From Candidatus Altimarinota bacterium (GTDB lineage: Bacteria > Patescibacteriota > Gracilibacteria > BD1-5 > UBA2023): 64,000 nucleotides of DNA. Every line of letters starts with the position of its first letter. Position 1 is the stretch's first letter. Location of the stretch: positions 52,440 through 116,439 of the forward strand of contig JALQWG010000002.1 of assembly GCA_023260135.1 (NCBI GenBank), in the 5' to 3' direction. Positions 42,188-54,733 of the stretch are shown here, in pieces. The notes beneath the pieces are model-generated. The model ran no database searches and was not told the origin of the DNA. It saw only the letters and a program-made list of their open reading frames with translations. The position numbers and the translations under genes were made by a program.

Positions 42188-42513
42188 CACTTTCTCTTCT
42201 TCGGTTTCGGTGGTGGAGTGAGCGAGAGAGTATGATTCGCTACCTGAATGAGAGTCTCTCGTTCGCTCTCGAGCCACTCTGGATTGGCTGGTGCAGTATT
42301 CTTGCTTCCTGGATATGCCTTGGTCTCTGTATCAGCGAAGTAGTGAATTGTCTCAGGAAAGGTCTTGAAAAAGAGTGTTCCATCACACGCAAGTGCGAAC
42401 ATCTTTTCATCCGAGTATATCCCATATTCTCCGAACATTGCCTTCGCTCTGAGGTCGGGAACTCAACTCAGACATTCGAGGAAGTAGTCGAGAGTGGAAC
42501 TAGAAGTTGACAT
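42184..42513 (-). CDS. tfoX: TfoX N-terminal-domain protein (109 aa)
   Basis: AMFGEYGIYSDEKMFALACDGTLFFK pattern typical of TfoX_N. Its TAA (42184-42186) overlaps the phr stop. Confidence 0.6.
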
Positions 42514-42525
42514 GGATTATAAAAA

Positions 42526-44334
42526 TTAAGGATTCTCTTCCGTATCTTCCTCATCGATAAATCCATCATGTTGGAGTTCGATGAGGTGACGATACTTGTC
42601 ACTCGTCTTCATGAGTTCACTATGATTACCGCTCGCGATGACCTGACCACCGTCGAGCATATAGATACGGTCGACGTGTTGGATTGTCGAGAGACGGTGT
42701 GCGATGATGATAGATGTGCGTCCTTCCATGAGCTTCTCGAGTGAATCCTGGATGAGTCGCTCTGTCTCAGTGTCGAGAGCACTCGTTGCTTCATCGAGTA
42801 TGAGTATCTCTGGATCAGCGAGTATTGCTCGTGCGATGGCGATACGTTGCTTCTCTCATCCAGAGAGCTTGAGTCCGCGTTCACCTACCTCTGTCTCCCA
42901 TCACTCTGGGAGTGACTCGATGAAGTCGAGGATATTGGCTTCTCGGCATGCCTTTTGGAGTTCTCCATCTGTCACTCCATCTCTCACGTACTCGAGATTG
43001 TGCCTGATAGATTCATTGAACAGTGTCGTATCTTGGAATACACTCGCGAACCTTTTTCTATATGAGTCGAGTGTGAACTCCTCGATATCTATTCCGTCTA
43101 TCTCTATACCACCTGATGAGCTACTATAGAACCGCATGAGGAGTTGTACTATAGTGGATTTACCGCTTCCTGTATGTCCTATGAGAGCTATCTTCTCTCA
43201 CTTCTTGACTTCGATATTCACTCACTGGAGCACCTCGCGTGTTGTCTCTGGATAGATGAATCCTACATCCTTGAATATGAGAGATTTTTTTATACCTTTG
43301 AACTCCCTTTTTCCTGAGTCTTTTTCACTATTGATGGTGAGTAGGGCAAGTCACTTTTTATAGTTTGCTATATTTTTAATGAGATCTCTATAGGTATACA
43401 GTATGCTCATAATTGGACCATATATCCTTCCTATAATAACGAGAAAAAGTATAAGTTCTCAAATCGAAAGGTCTCATACTCATACTTGGTATATTCCCAC
43501 ACTAAACACTATAATTTTTACTATTAGCTGGAATCATTCTGATGCTGATTCAGTAATAGCCCATCAATTATTCACTTCTAACTGCTTATAAATAGCTTTA
43601 TCGTACAGTTTTTTTATGATTTGTATTTCATGATTTTTTCGTGCAAAAAGCTTGATGATACGAATATTGATAAGCGCATCTGCTATACGATGGAGAGTGT
43701 TGTCCCACAGATCATTTCCATGAGACTGCATTCGTGACAATCTATCTCATGTTCTCGCGAGCCACCAAGTTCATATTGGTAGTGGGATAAGACATATGAC
43801 CGTCATGAAAGTATTGGTATAAAACCCCAGAGTAATCATACAAAAAAATATTGCTACAGGTATCGAGAGTCGATTGAGGATGGCGTTCGCTATCTCCCAT
43901 TGCCCGTTAGCAGTTCTATCGAATGTCTTTTGTATCTCGTTGCTTCAGAGGCTTGAGTGGGTATCTATAGGTAAGAGTAGAAACTGTCTCACAAGATATA
44001 TTGCCAGATTGCCACTGTCTATATTGAGATATTTCCAGACTATATATTGAAAAACCGCAAACGAAATTATGCCTCATATAATGATTATACCCCATGCTCA
44101 GAGAAAATAGAGAATCTTTCCATAAAATAAATCGTGGAAGCTTTTTGTATTAGTTAGTGTGAGATCAATAATCTGCTGATATATAAATGGTTCAGACACT
44201 GTACAGATTATATACGTCAAAAATAGGATAGTCAGGATAAACCACTTTTTTCGGGTTTCTCCACTTCAGTTTTTATAAACATGGAGTAGGACATCAATAT
44301 TTGATATACTACTTGTATCCGTTAGGCGTGTCAT
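42526..44334 (-). CDS. ABC exporter, fused permease and ATPase (602 aa)
   Basis: I translated the whole TMD codon by codon with no TAA or TAG. Walker [10 protein letters not shown]; H-loop IAHRLS. TAA stop at 42526-42528. Confidence 0.85.
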
Positions 44335-44450
44335 GGTATTGAGTTATCTAAAAATTTATTTTTCGTGCTTGCATGCTCTATTTTTGTCTTTTTTCTCACC
44401 TCTATGAGATTTTTTCCGATATGCTTGAGTGTTGAGAGTTTTGTCATACT

Positions 44451-45476
44451 TTACCTGAGAAAGTCATTTTCTCGTTCCATAGTTCTATCGATAACATCGC
44501 CAGACAAGGTTTGAGTGATGGTCATCTGTAATTTTTTCATCATATCACTATCTTCGAGCACTGTATCTCATCGATTTTCCTTGAACCAGAGGGCATTGTG
44601 GTATTGGTGGTTCTGTGAGCTCCATGGGAGCGGGATAATGAGTTTTCTCTTGTGGAGAATATCGAGTTCCGCTAGTGTAGTGGCACTACCACGTGTTATC
44701 ACGAGACTTGCACCTACTGCTATTGAGGCAATCGTATGACTATCGAGCCAGTCATAGATAGTTGCATGTGGGAAATCCGCGAACAACTCACGTGCATCAG
44801 TATTGAGTGTACCAAGTACTATTATCCACTCTACATCAAGGTGCTTACAAGTTTTTGCAATAGCATTGAAAACATTGCGAGATCATTGACTTCCACATAT
44901 GACAAATATTTTTTGCTTGTCTGTTTTCCAGTAACGATATTCTTTTGGTGGCTTGAGGAAGTCTGGATTTACTATCTGTCCCGTTACAGTGCATTTGAGA
45001 TCTGGAAAATATCGTCTCGCCGTTTCGAATCAGAGGAATATCCTCTCAGCAATACGCCCGAGGAGTCTGTTGGACCAACCAGGAACAGTATCTGATTCAT
45101 GAATCCAGAGTTTTTTCTCGAGAAGAAAACAGGCGATACCAACCGCAACTGACCCAGGTCATCACTTGGAAAATATGATATCAGGATTTTCTCTCACGAG
45201 TATCATACGAGCCTGGAGGATTCACTTGATGAGCACGAATGGATAGAGGAGTATTTTAGGTGAAAATACGGTTGAGAGCTTGAGTATACTTATTGGGAAG
45301 AACTTTATATTTGCCTTTTTCGCTTCAGTTTCCTCGAGTGAGCTATGTCCGCCGATCCATATATAGTCGAGTTTGACTTGTGCATGCTCATGAACAAGCG
45401 CTACAATAGGTGTGACATGTCATCCAGTTCCACCACCGACGAATGCTATTTTTTTGTATTTTACGAACGAGATCAT
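44451..45476 (-). CDS. murG: MurG-type undecaprenyl-PP-MurNAc-pentapeptide GlcNAc transferase (341 aa)
   Basis: G-loop FVGGGTG[G]HVTP with TGA at 45420-45422; C-terminal ITRGSATTLAEL...HQYHNA. All triplets were checked. TAA stop at 44451-44453. Confidence 0.75.
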
Positions 45477-45530
45477 AGAAAAATGTATATAAAGTTTACC
45501 TGTCGATTGTAGCATATTCTCAGGAAAAAT

Positions 45531-45557
45531 CAAAAAACTCCACATGCATAATGTGGA
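45531..45557 (-). terminator. Terminator after the NUDIX gene
   Basis: Stem TCCACAT / ATGTGGA with a 5-nt loop, followed by a T-run on the minus strand. Confidence 0.5.
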
Positions 45558-45572
45558 ATCTTGTGTCTGATG

Positions 45573-46046
45573 TTATTCTTCCTCTCCATCTCAGAGAATT
45601 TTCCCCAGCATCTCGATGATAAAATCCCATGTCTCGGTATTGGGCTTCATCGTGAGAATCTCATCTGGATCGAACCAACGATATTCATATATCTCTTCAT
45701 TTTGTATTTTTTTGATAGTATCATCGCTCTCCATGAGGAATACATATTCTCGTCGTGACTTGTCTCGTCATTCGCTATCTGTATATGAGAGATCATAGAT
45801 GGAGACGGGGAGTGGGTGATGTGTGAGTTTTTTTCACTGGTGATGGAGTATCTCTTCATGATCCATCTCAAAAAACCTCGCAGAGATAGAAAATTCTTCT
45901 TGGAGCTCTCGAATCATGGCATCATGGAGAGTTTCCCTATCTTCTACATGACCGCCTGGGAGTACCCATGGTGTGTCTTTTTTGTGACGAGTCATGAGGA
46001 TCTGACCTTCTGGATTGAATACATATGCACGGACAACGGATTTCAT
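45573..46046 (-). CDS. NUDIX hydrolase (157 aa)
   Basis: Nudix box GGHVEDRETLHDAMIRELQEEFSI. The fragment 45834..46046 is extended through TGA. TAA stop at 45573-45575. Confidence 0.75.
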
Positions 46047-46079
46047 AGGATAGTTGGATGAGAAAAGTAAAGGATTGTG

Positions 46080-47159
46080 TTATATGATCTCGTATTTCCC
46101 ATGAGTATTGAGCCTGATGTATCAGGATAGTTCCATGAGTGTGAGATTCATGACGATGGTATCGAATTCGAGATCCGTATTCTGTCAGAGTTCATCAGTA
46201 GTGGTATACCCATCGAGGAGGGCACTATAGATGATTTTCTGTTCTTCGGACTCGAACTCAGGGCTCTCAAAAAGCGAGAGCTTCTCTGTTGGCACCGATG
46301 GGAAGTATTCCTCGAGGATATCCTCTGCCTGTTGTATACACTTCGCCTCACCCCGAGCAATGAGGGTATTGGTTCACATGCTTGTCTCCCGAGTGATATC
46401 TCAGGGTATTGCGAATACATCACGACCATGTTCCAGCGCAAGAGCTGCTGTGATGAGGGTTCCACTCTTGATACCTGCCTCTGGGATGATAATACCTACC
46501 GAGAGTGCTGCAACAACCTCATTGCGTATGGGGAACATATATGGTTCTGCCTGAGTTCCGAGGGGGAATATCGATACGAGTGCTCCACCCTGTTCGAGTA
46601 TCCTGTCGAAGAGTCGAGTATTCTGGACTGGGTAGTATATGTCCACAGAACATCAGAATACTGATATCGTATATCCCCCATGTTCGAGTGTTACTTCGTG
46701 TGATATAGCATCTATACCATAGGCTCATCCGCTCACGACACCGAATCATTTTGCTGTGAGTTTTGGGATGATGTTTTCGAGAACCTTCTTGCCATAGCTC
46801 GTACTCTTCCTCGATCAGACGATACCGAGGAGTCTCATATCATTACGTAGTGTTCATCGTATATAGAGGAGGTATGGAGCTTGCTTGATCGTGCGGAGTG
46901 ACTCTGGATAGCGGGAGTCATGAAGTGTTATTAGTTCTATATTTTTCTCATGTATGATATGTTGGATATTTCATACATTTATATTTTTTATATTTTTGAG
47001 TATTTTTTCTTTTCTCTCGGGAGATATCCACGGATATTCTACGGTATTTTCTGAGAGTATCTTTTGGTATACTTTTTCATACTCGGTATTGGACTCGAAT
47101 ATTTTCTTGAGATCTGCATGAGTGAATCAGATGGCATGGAGTGTCGCGAGGAAGTGCAT
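46080..47159 (-). CDS. dprA: DNA processing protein DprA/Smf (359 aa)
   Basis: Rossmann-like core VVS[G]...GIDAISH...SGTLITAALALEHGRDVFAIP[G]. TAA stop at 46080-46082. Confidence 0.85.
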
Positions 47160-47162
47160 AGA

Positions 47163-47849
47163 TTAGGATATTCTATTCTTAAAATATTGATTGAGTGTGA
47201 GAACTAGTGGTATATCTGTCTGGAGTATGATTCATTGCACTCAGTGTTTTGCAAATAACTTTTTGTGAGAATCATGTACTCTCTCGACAGATTCTCGATA
47301 GCTATGTATGTCGACTCAGTATCACTCGAGGATTGGTCAACGAGTTGGATTGAGTTCATATGGATGAACGAGTTCGATGGGAACGATATCATTAGAGTGA
47401 GCAAGTCATCATATGAGCTCTTGGGAGAGTGTATCTCAGAGTCAATAGAGGACAATTACCATGGAGTTTTTTATGATCTGTAGTTCATTGGTGTTCCTGA
47501 GTTGTCTATAGGGAAAGTGGTATTGTCTCGCAGATGACTGTAGTATCTCTATGAGGGTATTGCGGTACTCTGAGACAGATGGATTGGTATCTATCGTGAA
47601 GTTCCGTTCTTCTCCGATGAGATCTACGAGAATAACTTCAAAATTCGATTCTTCTTCGCGGATTTTTTTCTCTATGGTATTGTGTTTTGCTGTATGAATC
47701 CACGATATATCGCGTATATCATCTCAGGGGCTATAGGGTCATATGTCGAGGACGTCAGTTCCACGTCATCTTTTTTTTATCCATGATGCACCTCATGTTG
47801 TATGTGTACGGATTTTTCTCGATCGAAATAATACAGAGTGTTGTTCCAT
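47163..47849 (-). CDS. DUF58-family protein (228 aa)
   Basis: Translated codon by codon. KKRGRGTDVLDIGPYSPGDDIRDISWIHTAKHN...EVILVDL matches the DUF58 core G.G.EF..R.Y.PGDD.R.IDW..TAR. TAA stop at 47163-47165. Same frame as the upstream gene, 1 codon after its stop. Confidence 0.6.
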
Positions 47850-47852
47850 GGC

Positions 47853-49034
47853 TTATTGTATCTGATAAAATGATCCACGTGAATATATGAGTGACTTGTC
47901 AGGGGAGAGAATACTCGGGAATACTATATCACACGATCTGAGTTCCTCCAGTATCGAGAGTCTATTCTGGCATGGGCAAGTGTCACATACTGGCTCACCG
48001 ATGATGAGTCATCTCTCTCGTTGGTATCTCGCGAGACATGCATTGGTGCGGAGTCATGATATCAGGCTGTATGGAGAATTGGCAGTGTTTCCCTGGAGGA
48101 TATCGAGTATATGTGTTCCATATGTACGTGTTCCTATCTGTGGACAACCATTCTCTGTAGATGCAGATACAAGTGGGCAGAGGTCTCTGTCGTCCATCAC
48201 TCTATCGCCATCGGAATCAACTATTCACTCTACTGTCACTGATGTGCTCGTAGAGAATTCTCGACTATCATCGGCTGCATACACGGTCACGATATAGGTT
48301 CCAGGTCGTGCATAGGTATGTGATATGGTGCTGGTAGTTCACTCGACTACTATACCATCTCCGAACGCCCATCTGTACCTCTGTCATGTTGTTCCTGTGA
48401 GTGTCATCACCTCTGTCAGAGTAGTTCCTGTACTCGAGAGAGTCGTTCCTGTACTGGAACTTGGTACGAGTAGTGGCTGGATATATCAACACTGATTGAT
48501 ATTGCGGAGAGAATTGGTCATACTGATGAGTTCTCATCGTGTGAAGGTCGATCATAGAGTTGTCGGAACGAATGAAGACTCTGTGATATTGGAATTGTAG
48601 CGTCTATTGTGTCGTAGGAGTCAGGCTATAGCATCTTCTCGACTGATAGTATCTGTGGGACAATAGGTGTCATCTGTACATGATGGTATCGCCCTATTCC
48701 TGAGGGTATAGGCTATACAGTACTTATATGAATTAGTATTGGACACATCAGACATACCAGCATCATCTGTATATGTACTGATATCACCTGCGCTCGGCAC
48801 GAGACAAGGAGTACAACTACTCGCCATCACCATACTCGCATAAAAATCCCGAGTTACAGGACTGTCTGGACTGAGATTCTCAGTATCGATGAGGACTCAC
48901 TCTGTCGCGAATCTGTCCCCAATCTGATAGAGAGGATGTGATTCCCCGATATCACGAAAAAATACTCCCTGAACAGCATGCGTTCCAGCTATCATTCCTA
49001 TACCGAGGATGATTGGGAGTATGATTTTCTTCAT
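47853..49034 (-). CDS. Secreted surface protein with PKD and thrombospondin type-3-like Ca-binding repeat (393 aa)
   Basis: Translated codon by codon. Signal peptide MKKIILPIILGIGMIAG. PKD motif WAFGDGIVVE[G]TTSTISHTYARPGTYIVTV. TSP3-like DSDGDRVMDDRDLCP. TAA stop at 47853-47855. Confidence 0.6.
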
Positions 49035-49072
49035 GGAGGAATTATAGGAATAAAAGAATCAAACGCAAATGA

Positions 49073-50935
49073 TTACATCTCACTTGGCATCTCGATACCG
49101 AGGAGGTCGAATGCCTTTTTGAGCGTCTCTGCAGTCTCATGTACGAGTGTGAGGCGGAAGTCACGGAGTGCGGTACTCTCTTCTTCGAGGATCTTCGGAG
49201 TATGGACATAGAATCCATTGAATGTCACCGCGAGACTATACGCGTAGAGTGCGATATGATGAGGCTTGTAGGTCTTGGCTGTTGTATCGACTGCGTCAGG
49301 AAATAGTGCAAGTGACTGGATAAGTGACTTGTCGTAAGACGAGAGTTCTAGAGTATCAGGAGACTCCTTGGCAGAAAAATCTGCTGGTAATATCTTTTTT
49401 GCGCGGACATATGCATACTGGATATATGGACCAGAGTTCCCCTCGAATGCGAGTGCCTTGTCCCAGTCGAATGTCACATCTTTTTCTCTATCTTGTGCGA
49501 GGTATGAGTACTTGATAGCTGCAACAGTGATAGCCTGTACATCACTCGGACTGAGTCTCTTGTCTCATGTTCTTCACTTTTCTTCGAGGATTTTCTCTGT
49601 ACGTTCGTTGCCTTCTTCGATGAGCTTCTCGAGGAATATCACTGTTCCATGACGAGTCGACATAGCACCTTCCTTGAGCTTGATAAAACCATTGAACGCA
49701 TGAAAAAGCTCGACTCACTCTGTGAGTTCTGGCCATGCCATACGAGCAATAGTGAATGCTTGCTTCAGGTGAAGTTGCTGACGAACATCGACTGAATAGA
49801 CTATCTTCGATGGATTCCAGCCATTGGTGAGACGATACTTGATAGCTGCGAGATCAGAGGTGAGGTAGAGTCATGTTCCGTCCTTTTTCTGGAGGATACA
49901 TGATGGCATCTTGGACTCCTCAGGAAATACTACACCCACACTTCCATCCTCATTCTGTGTTGCGACTCACTTCTCTATGAGTTCCGCGACGATACTCTTC
50001 ATATTGAACTCCAGATCTGGATAGTCCTCTCCATTCGGGCGGGGAAGTCCGAGTCACTCATAAAAACTCTCACCGATATTGTATGTTGCATGGACATTCA
50101 GGAGGTCGAGCTTCTTCTCTGTCTCAGCGATAGATATAGAGGTGAACTTCTGCCAGAGTTTAGTATTTTTCTTATGATATCATTGTTCTTCGTCCGTTGC
50201 TAGATTGATTCATGAAAGATATTGAAATTCAAGACGAGACCATCACTCCCTCTTTATATGTTCAGTTAAATCATCAGAGTGAATAATTTCAAATTGTTGA
50301 TATAGTCTTAGTAATAAATTCACTCATTCTTTATCCAAGAGTTTTCATAAAATAACTTCTCGATCTTTCGATAATGTATCCAGAAAATCATATTTTTCTA
50401 CCCATTCGGCTGTGACAATCTGTTTTAAATCTAAATATTTCCATCCCCATATCAGCTTCCCAAAAATCCCACCCCAATCACCGAAATGCGAGTCACCGAT
50501 TACATTGTAACCAAGGTGACGATACGTATTACAGATAACTTGTCCGATAGATGGAGTACAGATATGTCCGATGTGGAGTGGTTTACCGACATTGGCACCG
50601 ATATAGTCGACGACGATGGTTTCTCAGTTTTTCGTTTTTGGTGATTCGTTTTTCGTTGATGCAAAGAGGTTCAACCATACTGCATCCGTAAGGAAAAAGT
50701 TCACATACCCACCATTAGCACTCGTCGAGACGAACACATCTGTGTGTTTTGCGAGTTCGGTTGCAACCTCTTCTGAGATGAGATTCGGTGCTTTTCCTGC
50801 GGTCTTCGCGAGAGGGAATACATTGATGCAGTACTCACCGAGTTCTGGCTTGGGTGCGACGGATATCTCGGGTGTATAGTCAGAGTTGTAGAGTGACCTC
50901 AGTGTACTCGTGATGAGGGAATTGATAGTGTTCAT
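49073..50935 (-). CDS. argS: Arginyl-tRNA synthetase (620 aa)
   Basis: HIGH motif PLHIGHICT; GDSHFGDWG; C-terminal DALR domain ending GIEMPSEM. I checked 49441-50623 triplet by triplet and found no TAA or TAG. TAA stop at 49073-49075. Confidence 0.9.
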
Positions 50936-50980
50936 AATGTTCGGTATTATAGGAAGAAAATCAGAAAAATCGAGAGAAAA

Positions 50981-51466
50981 TTAGAGTTTTGCTGTTTCCA
51001 GGAATTTTTGATTTCAGAATACATGATCATCGATAAGTAAGGCTTGTCCAGATTCTATAAGATTAAGAACATCTCCTTTTATCTTGTTTCTGTATACTTC
51101 AGTTTGTTTGAATTTCTTACATGCTTGTTTTACCTGCAGAACATTCGTTACACATAGAAGCGCCTTGTCATTGTGTGCGGACAATATATGTTCTATGAGT
51201 TGATTCGAGAGTCACTGTCCGCGGTATTGTTCCAGAACAAATAAACTTCACCACTCGTAGATGTTATTTCAGAGTGGCATTACTTTTATGAATCAAACTA
51301 AGATTCCTTCAATATATATTCCATAAGCAGTCTTTAGTTTACTCCACTCGTAGAGAGATTCTGCAGTTACAGGCATCATATGTGGACTTTTTTTATTTTC
51401 TTCGGTGATACCGTTAGATATTACTGTGCAGTCTTGGAAGGTTGGGTGTCAAAATGTTGTTTTCAT
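50981..51466 (-). CDS. GNAT family N-acetyltransferase (161 aa)
   Basis: Motif A LFVLEQYRGQ[G]LSNQLIEHIL, with 6 TGA. TAA stop at 50981-50983. AT-rich. Confidence 0.65.
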
Positions 51467-51471
51467 ATATT

Positions 51472-52317
51472 TTAGGGATTAGTAATAATTTTTCAGAGAT
51501 AACACCACTCTCATCAGTTTTCTACAGATGAATTCGGCATGATTATAAGTCATGTATATGGTGATGATATTGATTTATGGGAGATTAGATTTTTTCAGAT
51601 AATTTCATCCTTTTCTATAGGATCAAAATTTTTCCATGCGTTTATGAAGATAAAATCCTCTTGTTTTCTGATAATAGTATCGACAGATATCCATATTTGA
51701 TTTTTGTGAAGAACATTTTCTCATTCTTTGATGATGTTATAGCTCTTGAGTGCTGAAAAGATGCAGGCATATGCCGTGTCTATACTCTGACTATCTTCGT
51801 TTTGTCAGCATTCTATAGTGATGCCGGGGATATTATTTTTCTTGGCAAAACCTATCGTGTCTAACTCTTGTAGTCATGTGTATAGCTCGGTCCATCATAT
51901 CATCACATGTTCGATGGGAATGGAGTGTATAATAGTATTTACCTCTTCCGTATTGTAATCATTGAATATAAATGCTTCTTTTCATGCAGAAAAGGAATGT
52001 AAATCTAAAACAAAATCACTTTGGAGAATCAATGATTCAATATATCTTGCTGTATCATGGATACCTCATTGCTCATCTTGTCAGAAAATACGATTGAGAT
52101 TATGAGTGATTTGTCGTTTTTTCTCTCTATATGCTTCATAATTTGCATAGGGAATACATGTTATTTTCCCGGATATTAGGGTAATATTTCACTGAATTAT
52201 ATCTTCCCGTAAGCGCTCTATGGCCATAGATCCACATACCTCATCACCATGAATCGATCAGAGTATGAGAATATGTTTTCCTGCTATTCCAGAGTCAAAA
52301 GAATAAGATATCTGCAT
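51472..52317 (-). CDS. Succinylglutamate desuccinylase / aspartoacylase (AstE/AspA) family zinc deacylase (281 aa)
   Basis: IL[G]SIHGDEVCG and LDLHS zinc-ligand motifs. TAA stop at 51472-51474, 5 nt before the GNAT start codon. Confidence 0.65.
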
Positions 52318-52325
52318 AAGATGAA

Positions 52326-52362
52326 AAATAAAAAATAAAAACAGCTCCCATACGAGAGCTGT
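52326..52362 (-). terminator. Terminator downstream of cysS
   Basis: Stem ACAGCTC / GAGCTGT with an 8-nt loop, followed on the minus strand by TTTTATTTTTT. Confidence 0.5.
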
Positions 52363-52500
52363 TTTCGATATTTGTAAAAAGAGTATTATCTCACAACTAC
52401 CGAAAATAACCCTCGAGAGAGAGTGCTTCGGCGACGACGTGATGATATAGATGAGATGAACATACTTTGGAATATATGGAAAATGTGGAGAAAAGCAAGT

Positions 52501-54003
52501 TTATATCTTTTCCACTCTCCATCCATTCTTTTCATCGATCATTTTCCATCATTTTGATGCGAGCTCATCACGGATTCTATCGGCTTCTGCCCAGTTTTTT
52601 GCCATCTTGGCGTCATATCGGTCGAGTGCGAGAGCTTGTATATCAGCAGGGAGTGACTCGGACTCTAGGAGTGAGAAGTCGAATATGCCGATAACTTCGT
52701 TCCAACTCCTCATGAGATCTACGAGGGAACGTGCTTCGAGTGGGGAGAATAGTTCTTCATCTATACCAGAGTTCACATATCCCTGGAATTCGAATACTAT
52801 GGTCATGGCAGATACCGTATCGAAGTCATCTTCGAGCTTGTCTACGAATTCCTGCATGAAGTATTGTTGGTTATCTCGGAACTCACGAGATATCTCATGG
52901 AACTTGAGTTTGCCTCGTCCTGTACGTTCTTCGCTTGTCTCCGGGAGTTTTGCTATATAGCGTCCGAGTCGCTTCATCATCTCATCGAGTCCGCGGATAG
53001 TATTGACAGCTGCACCGAGACGCTCGAATGTGAAGTTAAAATTCTCTCTGTATTGGTTCTGGAGTGCCATGAGGCGGAATCCACGATAGATGAGTTCTGG
53101 GGCTGTATCTGATTGCTTCTCAACTACATCACGAAGCGTGTAAAAGTTACCTGCAGACTTCGCCATTTTCTTGTTATCTACGAGGAGGTGCCCACCGTGC
53201 ATCCAATACTTGGAGAATTGTTTTCCAGTATATGCCTCTGTCTGAGCAACTTCGTTCTGATGGTGCGGGAAGAGGTTATCGATACCACCCATATGTATAT
53301 CTATCTGCTCACCGAAGAATCGGTAGTTACACGCACTACACTCGATATGCCAGCCTGGACGTCCATCGAGTTTCTGAGTTTTTCCATCGAGAGTTATCTC
53401 GATAGTCCACTTATTTGGACCATCAGATTCACTATCATATGCCTTCCAGAGTGCGAAGTCTGCAACTTGATCCTTGTCGTATTCATCATTGTTGATACGT
53501 ACAGAGGATATCATTCCGCTCATATCCAGGTGTGCAAGTTCACCGTATTTTCGGAACTTGGATACCGAATAATAGATGCTTCCATCCTCAGCGAGATAAG
53601 CATATCACTTATCGAAGAGTCACTGTATCATCTTCCTCATGTCTGTGATGAGGGTTGATATTGGTGCTATCGTATCTGCATGACGTATTCCCAGTTTTGA
53701 TAGGTCAGTGAGGAATTCTCCTGCATAGAATTCGGTGAATTCCTGGAGAGTTTTTCTGGATTTTTGACTATCACGGATGGTTTTATCATCGATATCGGTG
53801 ATATTCATGACAGTTTTAACCTTGTATCCGAGGAATCTGAGTGAGCGCACAACAAAATCCGAATTCAGATAGGCTCTGAGATTCCCGATATGTGCATAGT
53901 TATACGGTGTTGGTCCACAGTAGTAGACTTTTACCTCATCTTGGCGGATTGGCTTGAATCGTTCAGTTGTACGAGTGAGAGTGTTATAGAGATGGAGGCT
54001 CAT
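52501..54003 (-). CDS. cysS: Cysteinyl-tRNA synthetase (500 aa)
   Basis: CGPTPYNYAHIGNLR (HIGH) and KMAKSAGN (KMSKS variant). Fragments 53620..54036 and 52549..53523 share a frame. The TGA at 52549 reads through to the TAA at 52501-52503. Confidence 0.92.
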
Positions 54004-54104
54004 GGGGATATACTTAGTATTCGCTTCAATATACATAAAAACACAGAAAAATCGAATGTATTTTCTCTATATATTTGACACTTTATAAAATTATTGAAAT
54101 ATTA

Positions 54105-54133
54105 TTGACATATGTAAAAATATGAGCTATAAT
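54105..54133 (+). promoter_or_regulatory. Consensus sigma70-type promoter
   Basis: TTGACA (54105-54110), 17 nt, TATAAT (54128-54133), 25 nt upstream of the ATG at 54159. AAAGG Shine-Dalgarno-like element at 54151-54155. Confidence 0.5.
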
Positions 54134-54158
54134 TATTATGTTCTTTTTGTAAAGGTAT

Positions 54159-54617
54159 ATGAAACATCCTCAGTACCAGAGACACCATAACTATAGTGTC
54201 GAGTGGCTTCAGGCAATGTTTACTCTCATGGTTCTCGTAGGAATCTACTACGCTATGCCGTATTTTGACTCATACGAGACGAGCCTCGTACCAACAGAGA
54301 AACCATCTACACCAGTGACATACTGGAATGACTCTCTCTGATATGGATTCCAAGGCTGATCATGATATGTCTATGTTCCTGAGACAACACCAGACAATGA
54401 TACTGTACAGATACAGTCAAAAAATGGACTTGTCTACAATGATTCGGGCGTGAGAGTATCTTTTTATTCTGATGCCACTATCGATGAAGTAGAAAAAAAC
54501 CATAATTCTGACCTTCCTCGTACGTATTCACGTCTTCCTACTGGAATAGCAGTGATCGAATGAGATCTCGCTTCTCCAGTAGCCAAAAATGTCCTCGCTA
54601 CTCTGCACTCTCGTTAG
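54159..54617 (+). CDS. Hypothetical membrane-anchored protein (152 aa)
   Basis: The fragment 54159..54341 is extended through 4 TGA to the TAG at 54615-54617. One TM helix. Confidence 0.4.
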
Positions 54618-54638
54618 TCTCACACCCATCTGTGTTTT

Positions 54639-54680
54639 CCTCCTCTGGCGTTTGGATTCGCCGTATAGAGGGGGTTTTTG
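54639..54680 (+). terminator. Hairpin terminator upstream of ssrA
   Basis: CCTCCTCT...GGCG-tttggatt-CGCC...AGAGGGGG followed by TTTTT. Confidence 0.45.
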
Positions 54681-54733
54681 TGTTTGCTTTTTTCATGATT
54701 TTCACTACTATAACCCCGTTCTTTAACATACTT

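Noticed and set aside
47204-47483. Overlapping 83-aa (minus) and 72-aa (plus) standard-code ORFs.
   Set aside because: The region is covered by the DUF58 gene (47163-47849) in a different minus-strand frame with a strong family motif.
50160-50480. AT-rich stretch inside argS suspected to be an insertion or a gene break.
   Set aside because: A triplet-by-triplet check shows an open frame with only TGA codons and plausible ArgRS sequence flanking it (HIGH, GDSHFGDWG upstream).
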